In this document: in pieces, positions 20,385-27,863 of the stretch
Layout of the letters: each line of letters begins with the position of its first letter
Numbering within the stretch: the stretch's first letter is position 1
DNA from: Nitrosospira multiformis ATCC 25196
Lineage (GTDB): Bacteria > Pseudomonadota > Gammaproteobacteria > Burkholderiales > Nitrosomonadaceae
Reading direction: 5' to 3'
Assembly (NCBI RefSeq): GCF_000196355.1
Contig: NC_007614.1
Location: 930,001 to 962,000 of the forward strand
Length of the DNA: 32,000 nt
Notes under the pieces: generated by a model
Seen by the model: only the letters and a program-made list of their open reading frames with translations
The model's database searches: none
What the model was told of the DNA's origin: nothing
Translations under genes and position numbers: made by a program

Positions 20385-20786
20385 TGTTTCGTAACCGGTC
20401 ACAGCTCCGGCGTTGCCGGGGCTTTCGTTCTCTAGAATGGGTCAACACATCAAGCCTTCGCTCTTCAGCAGGGTACATATAGGGTTCCAAATTCGAATGG
20501 TTGTGCTATCCAGGGACTTCGGATCATCTTCCATTTCAATATAATTACAATGGAAGGCATCTTCGGCACGTTCATTCTGCAGCGGAAGAGGCCGCTCACA
20601 TTGACCAAAGCAAATCGCTGCCGCCCGAAGAATTCATGTTGTGGCGCGTGAGTCGGGAGGCAAACACCCTGATCCGTATAATGAAAGAACTGGTGGCGTC
20701 TCCTGGGGGGAATTGCATCCTGGGTGAGAGTGTTTTAGTGGGCCAGCGCAGTTGAGCCCGTCACTCTCGCCGGGATGCCAGATTGA

Positions 20787-21236
20787 TGCACTGCAATTCG
20801 GGATACCATTTCAAGCCTTCACTTACTGAGCAAGCAAGGTAAGACCGAGCGTGTTCCCCGCGGTACGCAGCTCCTGATTCAGTGTTGTCAAAGGAAGTTC
20901 GAGTCTCTGGGCCATTTCGAGATAGGCGGCATTATAGAGGGTGAGCTCACACCGCTGCGCCAGACACAGCGTGGTTGACTCAGCAAAATGTCTGTATCTG
21001 AATCGATAGTGATGTCCAACAGTCTCAGATCTGTTAGCGCCGCATCTCGAAACTCTTTACTGATGAGTCCTCGCCGGATTCCCCCTTGCAGACTATGGGC
21101 TACTATAAGGTGCCAGAGCGATGGCGCTCGTGCACCAGCAGCGTCAACTTGGTCGAAAACTTTCTGGGTGGCAGGGGTCAACTCGTCACTTTAGAGCCAT
21201 TCCAAGGTGACTGAACTGTCCAGTATTCTGGATGAG
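20787..21236 (-). pseudogene. VapC-like PIN-domain toxin pseudogene
   Basis: ILDSSVTLEWL*SDELTPATQKVFDQVDAAGARAPSLWHLIVAHSLQGGIRRGLISKEFRDAALTDLRLLDITID.. then in another frame STTLCLAQRCELTLYNAAYLEMAQRLELPLTTLNQELRTAGNTLGLTLLAQ*; in-frame stop plus frameshift. Confidence 0.85.
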
Positions 21237-21448
21237 CTCATAGACCAGCAGGTAATTTTCTTAAGGAACGAGTTTACGGGTACCAGGAATTCTTCCGGGA
21301 TGGCCAAGCATGGGATAGGTGGCAAGTCTCGTCGCGGCAACGCTGAAAGCTCATCCATTTCGGCAGCTGCATATGGATTGTCCGCTGCGATGTAGTTCCA
21401 TATATCGTCTCGGTCCTGGCTTGCCTCAGGCGTCCAGATAACCCTCAC
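21237..21448 (-). pseudogene. ParE/RelE-family toxin pseudogene
   Basis: MRVIWTPEASQDRDDIWNYIAADNPYAAAEMDEL, then frameshift to VAATRLATYPMLGHPGRIPGTRKLVP*ENYLLVYEL with a premature stop. Confidence 0.85.
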
Positions 21449-21720
21449 GTTTGCTTCGCTGCATTACGTTGTAGCGCGAATTCGGCTTCAATCTCATCGT
21501 TCGATCGACCTTTCCCGGCCTGGGCTGATCTTCTGGCAGCCTCAACCTTCTGGTGTAGGAATTCGTCATATTCCCGTGCTTGACGCTGCCGTTGAAAAAA
21601 CTCGCGCATCATTTCGCGCACGACTTGGGAGGCAGGGCGGTGAGCAGCTTCGGCTTCCGCTATGAACCCGGCGCGCAATTCGGGCTCCAGCTTCATCGTG
21701 AAAACGGCTTCTTTTGTCAT
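21445..21720 (-). CDS. Antitoxin partner of the parE-like gene (ribbon-helix-helix-like/ParD-like)
   Basis: 91 aa intact: MTKEAVFTMKLEPELRAGFIAEAEAAHRPASQVVREMMREFFQRQRQ...; 4-bp overlap with the toxin start. Confidence 0.8.
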   Translation of the reverse strand: MTKEAVFTMKLEPELRAGFIAEAEAAHRPASQVVREMMREFFQRQRQAREYDEFLHQKVEAARRSAQAGKGRSNDEIEAEFALQRNAAKQT

Positions 21721-21742
21721 AATTCCGGTTCCCCTATCACTA

Positions 21743-21995
21743 GAGCGTGTTCACAGTAGCCAGATGTAGGCGTAAGCCAGATGCAAGAAAGCACTGAAGG
21801 GGTGGGCGAATTTGTCGTAGCGGGTCGCGAGGCGACGAAATTGTTTGAGCCGATTGAAGAATCGCTCGACCAGATTGCGCGCTTTATACCGCTCCCGATC
21901 GAACTCGCGCGATGCGCATCGGTTGTTCCGGGGCGGGATGACGGCCTCAGCGCCCGTCTCGGTGTAAACACAAACCAACTACTGTGAACAGACCC
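21743..21995 (-). mobile_element. Internally deleted derivative of the 15004-15820 IS element (MITE-like)
   Basis: Both inverted ends retained (GAGCGTGTTCACAGTAG... and ...CTACTGTGAACAGACCC) with flanking TA; minus-strand ORF has only the C-terminal ETGAEAVIPPRNNRCASREFDRERYKARNLVERFFNRLKQFRR. About 560 bp is missing versus the full copy. Confidence 0.88.
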
Positions 21996-22069
21996 TAGGT
22001 TCAGGACCTATTAATTTCATGATTCACGAATAGGATCAAATGTGATTCACTTATGGCGGAGGTGCTGCC

Positions 22070-22438
22070 ATGAGAGATTTGTTTTACCTGTCGGAAACAC
22101 AGTTCAACCGTATAAAACCTTATTTTCCCTTGTCCCACGGAGTTCCCCGTGTTGATGATCTGCGGGTGATCAGCGGGATCATCTACGTCATTCGGAATGG
22201 CCTGCAATGGAAGGATGCCCCCAGGGAATACGGGCCGCACAAGACACTGTATAACCGTTTCGTGCGCTGGAGCCGACTGGGCGTGTTCAACCGCATCTTT
22301 GTGGAACTGACCGGTAAAGAGGAAACGCCCGAGAGGCTGATGATCGACGCCACGCATCTGAAGGCCCACCGCACGGCAGCCAGCCTGCTAAAAAAGGGGA
22401 TGTTCCCCGCCGTATCGGTCGCACAAAGGGCGGCCTGA
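22070..22438 (+). CDS. IS5-family transposase, ORF A
   Basis: MRDLFYLSETQFNRIKPYFPLSHGVPRVDDLRVISGIIYVIRNGLQWKDAPREYGPHKTLYNRFVRWSRLGVFNRIF. Confidence 0.9.
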   Translation: MRDLFYLSETQFNRIKPYFPLSHGVPRVDDLRVISGIIYVIRNGLQWKDAPREYGPHKTLYNRFVRWSRLGVFNRIFVELTGKEETPERLMIDATHLKAHRTAASLLKKGMFPAVSVAQRAA

Positions 22439-22452
22439 ACTCGAAGCTTCAT

Positions 22453-22827
22453 GTGGTCTGCGACGGTCAGGGCAAGCCTGTGGCCATGCTCCTGTCCGAA
22501 GGGCAGATGAGCGATTACAAGGGAGCACGTGTGCTGCTGCCGTCATTGCCCAAAGCCAAAACCCTGATTGCAGACCGCGGCTATGACGCTGCCTGGTTCC
22601 GGGCAGCGTTGCGTGCCAAAGGCATGACGCCCTGCATACCGACAAAAAGGAATCGCAAAATCCAGATCAAATACGACAAGACCCTCTACAGGCAAAGGCA
22701 CAGGATCGAGAACATGTTCGCTCGGCTCAAGGACTGGCGCAGGATCGCCATGCGTTACGACCGCTGTGCCCATACCTTCTTCTCTGCCATCTGTATCGCC
22801 GCAACTGTCATCTTCTATCTCAATTAA
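22453..22827 (+). CDS. IS5-family transposase, ORF B (C-terminal part)
   Basis: VCDGQGKPVAMLLSEGQMSDYKGARVLLPSLPKAKTLIADRGYDAAWFRAAL...RHRIENMFARLKDWRRIAMRYDRCAHTFFSAICIAA; the open frame extends upstream through PRRIGRTKGGLNSKLH. Confidence 0.88.
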   Translation: MVCDGQGKPVAMLLSEGQMSDYKGARVLLPSLPKAKTLIADRGYDAAWFRAALRAKGMTPCIPTKRNRKIQIKYDKTLYRQRHRIENMFARLKDWRRIAMRYDRCAHTFFSAICIAATVIFYLN

Positions 22828-23089
22828 TGAGTCCTGAGCCTAGGTATTAAGAAAGTATATATTTTTTCACTACTACATAAAATATAAAAAATAGGATCGC
22901 GCTTGCTGCTGTCATAGCCCCAAGCCGAGTTTTCCCCAATTGACGTGGATAGGTCTGTTGATAACTGCCTAAGCTTCTGTCTCAGCCTGGGTTTTACGGG
23001 CTGATCAGGATTGCAGCAGAGGTACTCGCACCACCTGAGGCAGCCGGGCTCATAAGCAGCTGGTATATTAAAAAATCAGCCAGAATATC

Positions 23090-23755
23090 ATGCAAAACTT
23101 TAATTATGATCTGGCAAGGCCAGAGCGGAAACAATCACAAGCGGAAGAAATCGCAAACAGCATTAGCCATGGTATAGCCTTGGTTGCCGCACTCGTAGGA
23201 GCTCCATTTCTCATCACTCATGCCGCTCGCTCCGGCGACACCGGATTCCTTGTAGGCACGAGTCTCTTCTCCGCGACTGTCATATTTCTTTACCTTGCTT
23301 CGACCATCTACCATGCGTTGCCGACAGGCAAGGCCAAGCGCGTGTTTAAAGTTGTCGAGCATTCTGCCATCTTTGTTCTTATCGCGGGCACATATACGCC
23401 ATTCACGCTTGGAGTCCTGGATGGAGTATGGGGACGTGCCCTTCTCGTGGGAATTTGGGGTCTTGCGCTGGCGGGTATAATGCTCAAGGTATTTTATAAA
23501 GCCTCTTTACCCATTCTATCAACCATCCTCTATCTGTTCATGGGGTGGCTTGTTGTGATTGCGGCTAATCCATTGGCGGCTAAAATGCCAATACAAGGGT
23601 TGCTCTGGTTGACTACAGGAGGCGTGTCTTACACACTCGGCGTAGTTTTTTTTGCACTCGATTCTCGGCTGCGGTATGGCCATCTGGTTTGGCACCTCTT
23701 TGTGATAGCGGGCACAACATGCCATTACTTCGCCGTGCTCTGGTATGCCGCCTAA
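23090..23755 (+). CDS. HlyIII/YqfA (PAQR-like) family membrane protein
   Basis: 221 aa; EEIANSISHGIALVAAL, ASTIYHALP, DHSAIFVLIAGTYTPF and HLFVIAGTTCHYFAVL conserved motifs. Confidence 0.93.
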   Translation: MQNFNYDLARPERKQSQAEEIANSISHGIALVAALVGAPFLITHAARSGDTGFLVGTSLFSATVIFLYLASTIYHALPTGKAKRVFKVVEHSAIFVLIAGTYTPFTLGVLDGVWGRALLVGIWGLALAGIMLKVFYKASLPILSTILYLFMGWLVVIAANPLAAKMPIQGLLWLTTGGVSYTLGVVFFALDSRLRYGHLVWHLFVIAGTTCHYFAVLWYAA

Positions 23756-23927
23756 CGGGGCGGCCATGCGAAATAAAGTTTGACGTTCTTCAAATAGCGT
23801 GTATCCTGCAGTAGGTCTTTTGGATTCAAGCTGTAAAACGATACCTCTGGTTGACTCTTTCCCTTGATATTCAGCGGCTGATCACTTACAGATGACTGTG
23901 AGTGGAATTTTATTAAGGAGAAATGAC

Positions 23928-24137
23928 ATGGCAACAGAAACAGGTATTGTGAAATGGTTTAGCGATGATAAAGGCTTTGGCTTTATTACCTCAGATGAAG
24001 GTGGAAAAGATTTGTTTGCCCACTTCTCTTCGATTGTGGGTGAAGGTTTTAAAACGCTGCAAGAGGCCCAGCGTGTCACTTTTGATGTGGTAAGCGGTCC
24101 CAAGGGTTTACAGGCATCGAATATTAGACCTCAGTAA
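23928..24137 (+). CDS. Cold-shock protein, CspA family
   Basis: [69 protein letters not shown]. Confidence 0.96.
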   Translation: MATETGIVKWFSDDKGFGFITSDEGGKDLFAHFSSIVGEGFKTLQEAQRVTFDVVSGPKGLQASNIRPQ

Positions 24138-24151
24138 AAAGTCAGTAAAGC

Positions 24152-24182
24152 AAACGAAAATCCTGTTGTGGGATTTTCGTTT
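24152..24182 (+). terminator. Terminator-like hairpin after the csp gene
   Basis: Perfect 12-bp arms AAACGAAAATCC / GGATTTTCGTTT with a 7-nt loop. Confidence 0.7.
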
Positions 24183-24439
24183 GAGAAATTGTAACGTCCC
24201 CGCGGTTGACCCGCACCCGCTTCTCAGTCCCCGAACTCCCTACTATTTACAGTTATCCTGTTGCGAAACTCCCCTTGGAGTTAATGAGCCTTGGCACGCC
24301 CTAGCCCATGTCACCCGTTTTCTTTCGCCGTTGAGTATTCTCAAATGCCTCTGGGTGACTGCGTTCGCATTCATGGCACTGGGGTCGCACGCATGCTGGA
24401 TCAATAGAGTCTAAGCACTTGAGATCATCCTGGTAAGTC

Positions 24440-24773
24440 CATCTACCGGCCAGGCACGCAATTGCCTGAATCCCGTTCTTCTTGATCACGGTCAGTAGTC
24501 GCAATGCCGGGCCACCCGGCTTTTTGACACCTCGCTCCCAGTTTGAGACCAGGTTCTTGCTGACATTCAGGTAACGAAGACAGGCTGTGACAGGTGTTCG
24601 CGCTCTCGTAGCTCACGGATTTCCTCGGGTGACATGACTAGCACGGGAGCAAGGCACGACTCGTCGAACTCGCGCATGGTCTGTTTGTCGACCGCCCCAA
24701 TCTCATGCAGCACTTCCATTGTCTCGTGGATTGACGCGAGCGCATTACTCCGATACTTCTTCACCATTTTCAT
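24440..24773 (-). pseudogene. XRE/HigA-like antitoxin pseudogene
   Basis: MKMVKKYRSNALASIHETMEVLHEIGAVDKQTMREFDESCLAPVLVMSPEEIRELREREHLSQPVFVT*, continuing in another frame as RYLNVSKNLVSNWERGVKKPGGPALRLLTVIKKNGIQAIA (HTH restored). Confidence 0.85.
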
Positions 24774-24774
24774 G

Positions 24775-25012
24775 CATCTCCGAAAGCTGGTTCTTGCCGA
24801 TCAACTCAGTCAGCTGTTCGTCCGTCAGTCCAAGCACATGGGCCGCTGCCTTCTTGAACTGCGCTTCCTCGTCATCATCGATGTTGTCGCGCTCGCCTTG
24901 ACAAAGCCGTACAAGAAGAAGACACGTCCTGCTATGTGATACAGAACGATGGTGCGAAAACCTCCAGACATGCCCGGGCCTTTCCGCGCCACTCGCTGCA
25001 AGGCCAGAGGTT
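24775..25012 (-). pseudogene. RelE-like (COG4737-type) toxin pseudogene
   Basis: LQRVARKGPGMSGGFRTIVLYHIAGRVFFLYGFVK, then after a 1-nt loss ERDNIDDDEEAQFKKAAAHVLGLTDEQLTELIGKNQLSEMHENGEE; directly upstream of the XRE antitoxin remnant. Confidence 0.75.
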
Positions 25013-25111
25013 CGACGGCGGTTGGTTATTTCCCGGACTGAACCCCATTGATCACCTGAGCACCCGTCAGCTCAACCGCCACTCATTTGGCAGCCGCAAC
25101 AAATGGAGTCT

Positions 25112-25594
25112 TCACGGACACTCAGCGTCGCGGGGCACCCACAGGATGCATCTCCCGAATTCGTTCCGTTCGCAACAGCGTCGGGGAACTCCGCCACCAC
25201 CGCCGCTGCCACCGCCACCACCGCCACCACCGCCACCACCGCCACCACCGCCGCTGCCACCGCCACCACCGCCACCGCTTTCAAATGCGTCAACCAGATC
25301 CCTCATCCATTTAGGAATACAATCGCGGCAGAACCCAAACCCGACAATCGCCAGCGCCCCTGCCCAGCATGCATAACATGCTGCCGGACCTCCCCCGAGG
25401 CAGGCCGCGGTACATAAAGTCACGCCGCCTCCTATTGCAACACCACATGTGATTCCCTTAATCCATCCGCACGCTTGTGGAGCCAGGGTTACATGTCCAT
25501 CACTTGAGAAATTGCCGCCGGCAGTCAAGTAATGGTTGTTTGTACGATAGAGTGATGAGTCTGCAGTAAATCCAGGCATATTCATCGTATTCAC
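25112..25594 (-). CDS. Cys-rich protein with polyglycine linker; possible substrate/precursor of the PatA/PatG-like locus
   Basis: GTG start preceded by GGAGG. N-terminal block ACGWIKGITCGVAIGGGVTLCTAACLGGGPAACYACWAGALAIVGFGFCRDCIP, long Gly/Ser run, then VPRRCCERNEFGRCILWVPRDAECP. Confidence 0.75.
   Translation of the reverse strand: MNTMNMPGFTADSSLYRTNNHYLTAGGNFSSDGHVTLAPQACGWIKGITCGVAIGGGVTLCTAACLGGGPAACYACWAGALAIVGFGFCRDCIPKWMRDLVDAFESGGGGGGGSGGGGGGGGGGGGGGGSGGGGGVPRRCCERNEFGRCILWVPRDAECP
25191..25279 (+). repeat. Imperfect CCG/CCA trinucleotide repeat with 9-bp periodicity (CCGCCACCA)
   Basis: Read directly; two GCCGCTGCC variants interrupt it 48 bp apart; encodes polyglycine on the minus strand. 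Confidence 0.95.
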
Positions 25595-25606
25595 TTCACA
25601 CCTCCT

Positions 25607-26614
25607 TTATCGGTTGAATTGATGTTCATAGTACGGAGAGATCTTGGTGACGAGGAAAGGGAACTCCTCGGTCACATCCACGCGCACGAAGTACTTTTCT
25701 GTAAAATCTGTATTGCGGTTGGTGTAGGAGAAAATAACCTCGACGATGTTGCGCCCGCTGCTTAAAGCCGAGGGACGCACCTCCACCCCTGTCAGGGAAT
25801 GATCTTCCGCGAACTCTTCCGCCGCCTTGGCATAAATGGCGGGATAGCGCATGGCAAGGTAGTTCAACGCCCGATGTTCATCCGTGGCGCCTGCGTTATC
25901 GGTCATGTGCATGATGCGATCGAACAGTTCTTCGGCAGCAGGGCCAAATCGCTCTTCGGCCATCTTCTTGGGCCTCGGGATTGCCTTGATCAATTCATTA
26001 CGGCCAAAAGAATAGATCTGGTCGAATACCACAATCGGCACCATCAGCCCGTTGCACATCTGGGGTGGCGCAATGGGGCCACGCATTCCGATGACCACGT
26101 CGATATCCTGGGGAGCAGGTGCAGGCCGGATGGCATCGATCAACATATCGACGTCAGCAGGATCGCGTGGAACCAGAAGGTAGGTTTCCAGTCCCTGTAC
26201 CGTCAGCACCCAGCACAGCTGCCGTACCAGATACCGGTTCTGTCGCTGGGACAGGACTTCATGGAAGGCCTGCTGGTCGGTTTTGCCAGCGGTTTCCGCC
26301 CGACCGGTTGCCTGGACAAATTCCTTTTCTGCGGAAAGATTGGGGAAACGCGCTTCCACCCGCCCGATGGCGTAGACAAACGCGTTCGTGCCGTCATTCG
26401 AACCCGTGCTTACGCTGTCGGTATTTTGCATCATCTGCCCTGCGCCACAACCGCAGCTTCCTCTGCCCATCTGGGGAGAGATCGGAGCGTTGCCACGAGT
26501 TTGGGGATAGGAAGCGTGATGGGAAGTGGGAGGAACATCATTTCTTTCACCCCGCCTTTGCTGGTCTGGTGTGTTTTCCATCGATTGTTCCAAAATTTCC
26601 CTTTGTTCACTCAT
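25607..26614 (-). CDS. Protein resembling the C-terminal domain of PatG-type cyanobactin maturation proteins
   Basis: 335 aa; YAIGRVEARFPNLSAEKEFVQATGRAETAG...RYLVRQLCWVLTVQGLETYLLVPRD..DVVIGMRGPIAPPQMCNGLMVPIVVFDQIYSF...YTNRNTDFTEKYFVRVDVTEEFPFLVTKISPYYE, recalled as a PatG C-terminal-like architecture; AGGAG ribosome-binding site. Confidence 0.75.
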   Translation of the reverse strand: MSEQREILEQSMENTPDQQRRGERNDVPPTSHHASYPQTRGNAPISPQMGRGSCGCGAGQMMQNTDSVSTGSNDGTNAFVYAIGRVEARFPNLSAEKEFVQATGRAETAGKTDQQAFHEVLSQRQNRYLVRQLCWVLTVQGLETYLLVPRDPADVDMLIDAIRPAPAPQDIDVVIGMRGPIAPPQMCNGLMVPIVVFDQIYSFGRNELIKAIPRPKKMAEERFGPAAEELFDRIMHMTDNAGATDEHRALNYLAMRYPAIYAKAAEEFAEDHSLTGVEVRPSALSSGRNIVEVIFSYTNRNTDFTEKYFVRVDVTEEFPFLVTKISPYYEHQFNR

Positions 26615-26706
26615 ATTGCTCCTCCTGATAATGGCAGTAGTAGTGCTATCGGTTCTAAAAAAGGAAACTCCTAGACTCCTGATCCAATGATTCTCTTTCT
26701 TCGCTC

Positions 26707-26925
26707 TTACTTCTGTCGGCGCGGTGTGAAAGCGAGCCAGCGATTGAGTGCAACCCCACGGCGTTCACACCCTCCACAAGGTTTTATCCTAAAATAGGAG
26801 GAGGTGCGTTTGATGGCATCCCCCAGCCGGATTTCCTCATCGGTAATGAAGCCGGGCAGGCGGACGTGGTAGGTTGCCTGTTTGCTCTTGTTGTCTGGGA
26901 CGCTCTTGCCCTCATCCTTGATCAT
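26707..26925 (-). CDS. Small CGGC-motif protein (72 aa)
   Basis: AAGGAGG upstream of ATG at 26925; MIKDEGKSVPDNKSKQATYHVRLPGFITDEEIRLGDAIKRTSSYFRIKPCGGCERRGVALNRWLAFTPRRQK; ATGA overlap with the S8 protease stop. Confidence 0.8.
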   Translation of the reverse strand: MIKDEGKSVPDNKSKQATYHVRLPGFITDEEIRLGDAIKRTSSYFRIKPCGGCERRGVALNRWLAFTPRRQK

Positions 26926-27863
26926 GCTGTTTGCCTCCTTGTACTCATTGCAGAAAGCATTTGATAGGCTGCTTCTGCATCGAGCAGGGGCGGCACTATC
27001 GAAGCGCGTCGTGGTCCGTAGCTTCGGGTAGACAGGAAGCCGCCTTGCATGAAGCTGCCTTGGCGGAAGGTTTGGGGTTGGCGCATGATGGCGAGTTTGA
27101 TCTGTGCAACCGTTGCATCGGGAAATTCCGACCACAACAGCGCGATGGCGCCGGTAACAAAAGGCACGGCCATACTTGTGCCGCTTAAGGTAATGGCCTG
27201 GCCGCCAGAGTCCAGACTGGTGATGTTCTCGCCCGGGGCGCTCAAACCCCGCATGCCGATACTGCCGCCAAGGTTCGATTCATTGATCGGACGGCCACGC
27301 AGATCGCAGGCCACCACAGGAATGACCCAAGGGTGGCGGGTGATGACGGAACCGCCCAAAGTGCCTTGATTGCCGGCTGCCGCAACGATCAATACGCCCT
27401 GCTTTAGCGCCTGAGTGAAGGCTTCATCCAATACCTTCTCTCCCCTGGTGGAAGGTCGCGCCAGGGCAAGGCTTAAGTTGATGACGCGCGCACCCGCGTT
27501 GATACAGTCAAAAATTGCCGTTGCCAGCTCCTGAGGCGTTGCGCTGGGCATGTGCTCACGGCCGAAAGTGGCCTCAGAAAAAATGGGGCGAATGAGCAAG
27601 GTGCAGTTGGGACAGATGGCAGGTGCGGAGGAAGTGCGTCTGGCAGCCAGAATACCGGCGACAAAGGTGCCATGCAGGCACGCTCCGCTATCTGTCTGAG
27701 TGCAACTCGCCGCGTTGCGTCCACCAATCTCCATAAGTTGTCCCTGAACGAGGTCGGCGTGTTGGGTGAAGACAGGGCCGTCGATGAGTCCAATCCTGAC
27801 TTCCGGACTGCCGCTGGTGCGTTGCATCAACGCCGGGAGTTTCACGAGTTCGGTGGGGAGCAA
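26922..27863 (-). CDS. S8 (subtilisin-like) serine protease, PatA/PatG-like
   Basis: Asp motif VRIGLIDGP, His motif CLHGTFVAGI, Ser motif LSGTSMAVPFVTGAIALLWS. TTG start at 27863 or an internal ATG (27827) is possible. Confidence 0.9.
   Translation of the reverse strand: MLPTELVKLPALMQRTSGSPEVRIGLIDGPVFTQHADLVQGQLMEIGGRNAASCTQTDSGACLHGTFVAGILAARRTSSAPAICPNCTLLIRPIFSEATFGREHMPSATPQELATAIFDCINAGARVINLSLALARPSTRGEKVLDEAFTQALKQGVLIVAAAGNQGTLGGSVITRHPWVIPVVACDLRGRPINESNLGGSIGMRGLSAPGENITSLDSGGQAITLSGTSMAVPFVTGAIALLWSEFPDATVAQIKLAIMRQPQTFRQGSFMQGGFLSTRSYGPRRASIVPPLLDAEAAYQMLSAMSTRRQTA

Larger units (their letters stand above)
21999..22839 (+). mobile_element. IS5-family insertion sequence
   Basis: Inverted ends GTTCAGGACCTATTAATTT / GCTCAGGACTCATTAATTG, CTAG on both flanks, two transposase ORFs in -1 relationship. 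Confidence 0.9.

Noticed and set aside
21743-22839. Possible single composite transposon spanning both IS elements
   Set aside because: The two units have different terminal repeats and different target duplications, so they are separate insertions that happen to abut.
24634-24939. Plus-strand 101-aa ORF
   Set aside because: Antisense to the readable remnants of the XRE antitoxin and RelE-like toxin.
24936-25417. Plus-strand ORFs with polyproline (PPPPLPPPPPPPP) and polyhistidine/arginine (RHHRHHRHH) runs
   Set aside because: Artefacts of the CCGCCACCA repeat read in the other strand/frames; the minus-strand GTG-started ORF with a GGAGG site is the better call.
25799-26674. Long plus-strand ORF (291 aa) and ORF 26119-26628 opposite the PatG-C-like gene
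   Set aside because: Antisense shadow ORFs; composition is unnatural and the minus-strand frame has clear conserved motifs and ribosome-binding site.
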